Assembly (NCBI GenBank): GCA_951406725.2
Contig: OX597814.1
Coordinates: 103,044,001 to 103,108,000, forward strand
DNA from: Octopus vulgaris
Taxonomy: Eukaryota
Length of the DNA stretch: 64,000 nucleotides
Direction of reading: 5' to 3'
The notes under the pieces are model-generated. The model made no database searches, was not told where the DNA came from, and saw only the letters and a list, made by a program, of their open reading frames with translations. The translations under genes were made by a program, and so were the position numbers. Positions 57,160 to 64,000 of the stretch are shown piece after piece. How positions within the stretch are numbered: position 1 is the first letter of the stretch; every line of letters begins with the position of its first letter.

Positions 57160-57640
57160 TTGCATGGTTCAATGTCTCATCAATTTCTTTTGTATTTCTT
57201 CCCGGTTGTTGTCTTCACCAAACACAATCTCAAGTCATCACTTTTATCTCTGAGTATTGATGGTATCCAAGTTTTTCATTTACATGTATTCGTACATGGG
57301 CTCCTGGTTCAAACGATGCAGGTGTTTTTCCTGCCTATTAGCCATAAACACTTTTTAGTAGCCTTTGGCACTTAGCGGTACATCCCGAACTTTAAATGTC
57401 TTTTATTCATGAGGGTACAATAGCTGACATGATGCAGACAAATTCGTCCCCGAACGACAGTTTATAAAGAGTTGCGTACATTGCTTCCATTTCAATTTTA
57501 ATTTTTCCATTCGATTTAGGGAATCGTGGAACTGAATGTAGCATGATGGCAGTCCTACACTTTGGTAACCTCTCTGAATTCAGCAGACTATATTTGTGAG
57601 GCATTGTTTGAAATCAGGATATTTACTATTCCACATGAGA
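57160..57640 (-). mobile_element. Gypsy-type LTR retrotransposon integrase remnant
   Basis: Decayed LISNNASQI*SAEFREVTK...PRFPKSNGK and PGAHVRI...W.P...VKTTTGKKYKRN resemble the SDNGPQ / SSPRYPxSNG / GxxYRRN integrase motifs. Confidence 0.65.
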
Positions 57641-57984
57641 CGAAACCTGATTTTAAATTGTTTACTTCTGTGAAACTAGTTTGATCTCTTAACTGTTTTA
57701 CTTTTGTAAACTCGAGCATATACTTATGTTCATCGGTTGTGTATACGTGGGTAGGTGTCTTCTGCTATAGCCTCGGTCCGACCAAAAACTTTGTGATTGT
57801 ATTTTGGTTTTGGGAATTATATATAATTTAATAAACAATATGTATTTTTATGCGCTGCTATTAGTTTCACGCGATGAAAGCATGGCAGACAGTATTTTTT
57901 AACATGTATGGTGTCCACCAGAAAGTAATCGCAGCACATAAAAACATATATTGTGTTTATTAAATAACATTTATCTCTCGCCAG

Positions 57985-60230
57985 ATGGAGGACTTTTTTG
58001 TGGATCTTACCATCACGGAACGCTACACTATATATATATATATATATATACGTACACATACACAAAAAGCCGACAAAATTAAGAAAGAACTGCATCACTA
58101 CTTTAAAAACCTGCACTTCTCTATCACAGTAGAAACACAACTACAGCCAGTAAACTTCGTAGATGTTACCTTCGACCTGGAACCCAGTATCAATAAGCCC
58201 AAGGAGAAATATAACGAAAAACATTCAGTTGATACATAAAACAATCTAACTACGCCAAAAGCATTATCAAAAGCCTAGTAAAGAACATTTCACTCAGATT
58301 TTCCTCTCTATCTTCAAATGAAAAGCATACTAAACGAAATAGCAACTCCGTATAAAGAAACTCTCAATAACAGCAGTTACAAGGGAAAAGTGCAACATAT
58401 AAACAACAAACCTCCTACAAGTAATGAAATACGTGAGCATAGCAAAGAGGAAAAAATCATCTGGTTTAATCCCTCTCTTTAACATATACGTATTTACATC
58501 AATAGCTAAATTATTTTTCAAAATACTGCAAAACACTTCCACCACAACCACAAAAACTTCAAACTAATAAACAAACACAATGTTAAATTCTCATACTCCA
58601 CTGCCTACAACTTTGAAAAGCCTGTAGTCAATTACAATCACCAAACATTGTCTAAAAGTGAAAACGTGAACCATTCACATAATAACAATTGTAATTATAG
58701 AACACATTCATTCTGCCCTCTTGAAGGAAACTGTCTTTCAAAAAATATTACGTACAGCGCAACGGTAACCGCGAGCACAGCACAAACAACTATATCTACT
58801 TATGTATAGAATAGACAGCAAACCAGTTCAAGACATGCTACAATCAACATACACACACATTACGCAACCCAAACAAGTAAAATTATACGCCACTATCCTA
58901 ACATAAAATTTAAAAAAATACTCTGTTTAGCATAAACTGGAAAATATCACACGCACAACCATACAAAGGTAACGACGAACCTACCAACTTTATACTACAT
59001 TCTCACATTGAAGAATCTTCCCACATTCTCACATTGAAGAACCAAGTTCTGAACCAAAATTCTGAACTAATCTCTTCATGCAAGCACAAACTCATAAAAA
59101 CGTTAAAACATTTCACACTAATATTTTTTTGACGGATAAACATGTAAATATTTACCAGTTCCCCTCCCTCTACTTACACCGTGAACTACCCCCATAATAT
59201 ACATAAAAAACACTTTTACGGCTTTACACTAAACAGCTACTATGGAAATCATCTAAAAGTTTCCCCTATCTCCAACCGAAATCTTCACAAAAGATATAAT
59301 AATATAAGTCCACAAACCTACATAAGCACTCAAAAAAATAAATGCTTGCATGCAAGCAAGTTAGAATAACCATTTCTTTTTTAATTTTAAATTTCAAATT
59401 TTGAAATAAATTTTTTTAAAATTAAATTTTATTTTTATTTCATTTTTTATACATGAGTATATATACACCTTTTATAAATCCCCACTTTCGCATATATCCA
59501 GAGGCTTAAAATAATATATTATAAAATACTCACGTTTGAAACAGAATTGAAACACTTGGCGCACATATTCTACCCCCATAGCACAGGTTAAAATTTCTTC
59601 ATATGAACCAAATTGCTTATGGAGCAATAAATCCCTAAAGGCCAACAGCCTTTACACCTGTCCAAATCCTTTTAGAACATCAAAGCACAAAATAAACAAA
59701 TTTCTATATTAACAACATCATCACATACCTGACTAACAAACCCTACCTTCCAAATAAATAAGGGAAATACTCTAAATGACTGCAACAATACTGACTGCTA
59801 ACATTCTGTTACCAAGATTCTATTACCAAACACTTGACTCTCAGTTACTAAGATTTTAAATACTGGGCTAAACTCCGAATTTTTTACCTTTGCATTGTCA
59901 AAGCATAGGGTTAAATCTAACAAAAACCCAAAATAACTAAAACTACTGGAAGATCATAGACATACCTACCAAAAGGAACACATTCTAAATATTCTCACAA
60001 AACTCTAAATACATGAATAAACAATAACATAACCACAAATTTAATCAATAAAAACTTCTTCAAAACACCTCTCCATAACAACCCACCCTAAAACCTAATT
60101 ACCAGCCCACTCAACCCCATACACCCAAGGAAGATTTTAGCCCCACAGAAACTGTAAAGAATCAAAATTAACTTCAATGCATCGCAGTCAGACGATGGCT
60201 TAGGTGGCCGACACTTGGAAGTCACTGTCA
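57985..60230 (+). mobile_element. Penelope-like element: RT C-terminus plus GIY-YIG remnant and 3' region ending in a decayed hammerhead
   Basis: VNFVDVTFDL, HKQSNYAKSIIKSLVKNISLRFSSLSSNE, KIIWFNP, NVKFSYST, NCNYR...CPLEGNCLSKNITYSATVT; hammerhead-like fold at 60184-60228. Confidence 0.82.
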
Positions 60231-60626
60231 ATGATATTCTTGCTTAAGAAGAATATATTTGTACTCTTCAAGAGTATAGAGTAACCTATCCGATGAATGT
60301 GAAATTGTTTTTATTGCAACTGAACATGTGTGTGTGTGTGTGTATGTGTGCATGTTTTTGAAGCTGTTTCCCACCCCCTTAATAACTGGTGTCGATGTGT
60401 TTATGTTCGACATAGCGGTTCGGTAAAAGAGGTTGATAGGATAAGTACCAAGCTTAAAAAACAACCAGTCCCGAGGTCGATTCTTTCAACCAGAATTCTT
60501 CTAGACGGTGCTCCAGCATGGCTACAGTCTAACGATTGAAACAAATAAAAGAGAAAAGAGAAAAGAGATATGTGCATGTCTGTGTAGTTGCGGATAAGAT
60601 TGTGCGACATTCATGCTTCACTAAAC

Positions 60627-60636
60627 GTGTGTGTGA

Positions 60637-60698
<62 letters not shown>
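60627..60698. repeat. (TG)n microsatellite
   Basis: Read directly. Other microsatellites: (GA)n 14277-14301, (TA)n 44680-44727. Confidence 0.95.
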
Positions 60699-60699
<1 letters not shown>

Positions 60700-61199
60700 A
60701 ATTAAAGTGACGAGAGCCAAGAAGAAGAGTCAAGTCTCTCCGGGCCGCCATAGTACGAGCTGTACGAGCTGCGGTAAATGCTAGTCTCACTCCTGGAGAT
60801 TAATCAAATATAGAAGGATGATGTAGAGAAGAGGCGAAGTATTGGGCTACTTTAGTCACAGACTTCGTTTCGATTCTGGTTCGGAGCAATTCCACAGTGT
60901 CGTTAATGTTGTTCGGAAAGCCATAAACATTACTACTCACAATTTTTGTATCCAATGTAAAGATGAAACTCTTCTCCCAATCTCTTAACTAAATTCGTAC
61001 GAATTATTTTCTATTCTTGCCGCCATTTATTACTCGTATTTCTGATGTTGCTACCGTTTGGAACTTGTGTGATCAATCCACGACTGGTGCTAGATCTCAG
61101 GGATTGGCTTGCAACGGAGTAAAACTCACAAATAACATTCCTGCATACACACACGCGCGCGCCCGCATACACACACACACATACATACATACAATGCAT

Positions 61200-62540
61200 T
61201 TGCAGTACCAGTGCTGATCCCAATATTTGGGATACTTGATTGGTCTGTAGAGGAAATCCACTCCATAGATATAAAAACCCGCAAAATCCTGACAACAACT
61301 GGGAACTTCCAGAGAAACAGTGATGTTGACAGGCTCTACCTAAGAAGAAATGAAGGTGGTAGAGGCCTGAGATCAGTACAGACGGCCTTCGAATGCCGTA
61401 TAATATCACTCAGGCAGCATCTGTTAAACAACACCATCAAAAATAAATATATATAAATGCAGTGCTGAAAAGTGAAGTGAGCACTGATATGTCCTGCATT
61501 ATGGCGACGTATTCCGTCGTCTGCGTGACTAGACGCAACTGCGTACCTCGCTGACTGACACTACTTACTGAATCTGTTCACTATTTATTAGTAGTGGACC
61601 AGCCCACTTCTCAGCTGGGGGCGTCCGCCACAATAGCAACATTGTACAAGTTGGCAGTGAGCACCTCAAGAAGCATGATTTCCTATACAGCCCCCAAACA
61701 GCTGGGATCTCTTACTTCAGAGAAGACCTGGATGGAGAGCACTCAGCAAACAAAAAAAAAGAAAGAAAAGAAAAGGACTATGCATAGATATGTTGTCCGG
61801 AAGCTTGAAGAAGACAGTAGAATTTACACGAAGTGCAACCTCTTTTGGACACAAGACCACTACATCACATCACACTTTGAGGGCAATGCAGGAACAGGAG
61901 ATTGCCACAAAGTACCTGGTGAACAAGAGAGACAGTGACGCTCTTGTAATCCCAAGGTCCAACCGCATGTGTAGGCTATGCCATGTGTCTGTGGAAGACA
62001 TCACGCATGTGATTAGCAGCTGTCCTAAAATGTCGTCACGGCACTACCTCCCTATGCGGCATGATGTTGTTGCTAAAACAATTTACAATGCCATCCGCAA
62101 AAAAGACTATGCTGAAATAAACTTAGAAAATCCCTCTGCTATGAAATACATTCATAAACACCAACTCAAGGAATACTGGTGGAATATTCCCATCAAAACT
62201 TCTGTCAAATGTAAGCCTAACAGGCCGGATATTGTTGTTTGGGACGGAGAGCCATATGTATGTACCATCATGGAGGTCAGCTGCCCTGCAGATATAAATA
62301 TCCCTTTGAAAATCAAAGAAAAAGAAGATATCTATGGACACCTGCTTCGAAACCTCCAGCTTCTATATCCAGACTATGAATTCATATTCATACCAATAAT
62401 AATTGTTAGTAACTGCTTAAAGGAGAATCTGGATAAACTGGGATTTTCAGAAAGAGAAATTGACCGACTGATTCATACAAGTACAGTCTGTGAGTGGAGC
62501 AATAAAAATATGCAAGAATTTTCTTAAGTTCCAAATGTAA
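61200..62540 (+). mobile_element. R4/Dong/NeSL-like RLE non-LTR retrotransposon, 3' part
   Basis: SDVDRLYLRRNEGGRGL, zinc knuckle CRLC...EDITHVISSC, RHDVVAKTIY, endonuclease NRPDIVVWD...MEVSCP...EKEDIY. Confidence 0.9.
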
Positions 62541-62640
62541 ATTTGTGTGTGTTTACTATATCACAAAGATGGAGCCTTGTATCTATGTTGGAAATCGGTT
62601 CACTCTGGAAGATTTATAACAATTAAAAAATAGAAGAGAT

Positions 62641-62723
62641 GCATACATACATACATGCACATATGCATAACATACATACATACATACATACATACATACA
62701 TACATACATACATACATACATAC
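62641..62723. repeat. (TACA)n microsatellite
   Basis: Read directly. Confidence 0.95.
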
Positions 62724-62724
62724 A

Positions 62725-63415
62725 ACCAGGATATTGCTTTCACTTGGGAAGATATACTTTTGCAATACAAGAGCAGGAAATAACAAAATATCTGATGTAC
62801 AACAAGCATAGGAATGCAAGTAAATCACTTTGATGCTATAAACGATGCAGTCTGTAGAATTGATGTTTAGGATGTTACCAACATCATAAGTAGCTGCCCA
62901 TCAATGTCATCGCAGTATTACCTACTTACGGGACATGGTGTGATTAGAACATTACATAACGAAATCCGTAGATAATTTCTGAGGAGACAAATATAAGAAG
63001 CTACAGTGATGTGGAGGACAGGATCTCATATAATGTGGAAGAAAACTGGTGTAATATATCTGTCAAGACTTCAATAAAATGTAAGCAAAACAGACCAGAC
63101 ATAATGATCTGAGACAGGTTGGGAACTATGCGCTGTAGTTGAGATCAGCTGTCCAGCATTTGTGAACCTAGGGTTAAAAATAAGTGAAAAAGAGAACATC
63201 TACGCCGAACTGATGAGAAATTTGTAGTTACTCCACCTGGATCATAAGTTTAGATTTCTGCCAATAATTATTGGTAGTTAACTGACTCAGTACCAATCTT
63301 GAGAAGCTGAGTTTGACAAAACAACAGAGAAGGCGTCTGATCAGAAAGTTACAGCTATAAATAGTCAGAGGCACTGTCAAAATATGTAAAACATTCATAA
63401 AGTTTAGAGTGTAAT
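62725..63415 (+). mobile_element. Second, more decayed copy of a related RLE retrotransposon
   Basis: FAIQEQEITKYL, ISSCPSMSSQYYL, KTSIKCKQNRPDIMI*D, VVEISCPA, EKENIYAELMRNL. Confidence 0.85.
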
Positions 63416-64000
63416 AAGATCCACATATTCATTAACATCCATGCATGCACACATGTATACATGTGTAAATACATACACGCATGCATACAAATGTACGTGT
63501 ATGCATGCGTACATACATACATACGCAAACACACATACAAGCATACACGCATAAGTCCATGCACATAAACACATACATGCAAACACGTTTGCAGGTAAAT
63601 GGTGAGGAGAACAGACACAACCTCATATGTAAATAAAAGAAAATTTGTTATCGCGCGCGCACACACACACACACGCACACACACAGAGTCGCGAAAATGA
63701 TCGGCGGTTTACATATCTCCAACCTCGCTTCATAGATTCAGATATCGTATTGATCTGTTTAATCACTCTGTCGACCTTCACCTGTAAAGTCGTACCGAAC
63801 CACCGCTGCTGCACTTACCTTGCTGTTGCTGTTGTTTGTGTTGTTACTGCTGCTGTTTGTGTAGCGAGTTATTACTTGCCATCCCACTTCTCTCGCCACA
63901 CACGCACATCCTTACACGTAACTTTAATCCTTCCCAATACACCAGTCAGTTCGGTCGTCGACGAATGCTACAAACTCATTGCTTTGTTTAAAAACAATTC

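Noticed and set aside
62583-63684. Cys/Val/Met/Tyr/His-rich ORFs
   Set aside because: Translations of TACA/CA microsatellites.
63782-63818. Apparent 37-nt GT-AG intron on the minus strand
   Set aside because: Shorter than plausible spliceosomal introns here, and no coherent ORF spans it.

Overview
AT-rich, repeat-dense eukaryotic genomic DNA; the repeat families suggest an octopus or other cephalopod (inference). Three host genes can be rebuilt by hand from splice sites and reading-frame phase. (1) The last coding exon of an SHQ1-like gene (+, 942-1166). (2) A complete 15-coding-exon Borealin/CDCA8 gene (-, 33750 to 1301, 320 aa), tail-to-tail with SHQ1. (3) A complete 4-coding-exon C1orf109/AIRIM gene (+, 40284-49375, 200 aa), head-to-head with CDCA8 as in human. 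The second coding intron of C1orf109 has a perfect U12 5' splice site and branch point, but can only stay in frame with non-canonical AT-AA ends; it is nested inside an in-frame weak GT-AG alternative. Most remaining sequence is decayed transposons: many RTE LINE pieces and their (GAT)n-tailed 3' fragments, tRNA-type SINEs, a near-intact mariner, piggyBac remnants, CR1-, CRE- and R4/NeSL-like LINEs, a Gypsy integrase remnant and a Penelope-like element. Several small inverted-repeat insertions carry hammerhead-ribozyme-like cores, one with a compensatory G3:C8 core and a 13-bp TSD. Gene identities come from recalled motif similarity, not a database search; TE boundaries are approximate.
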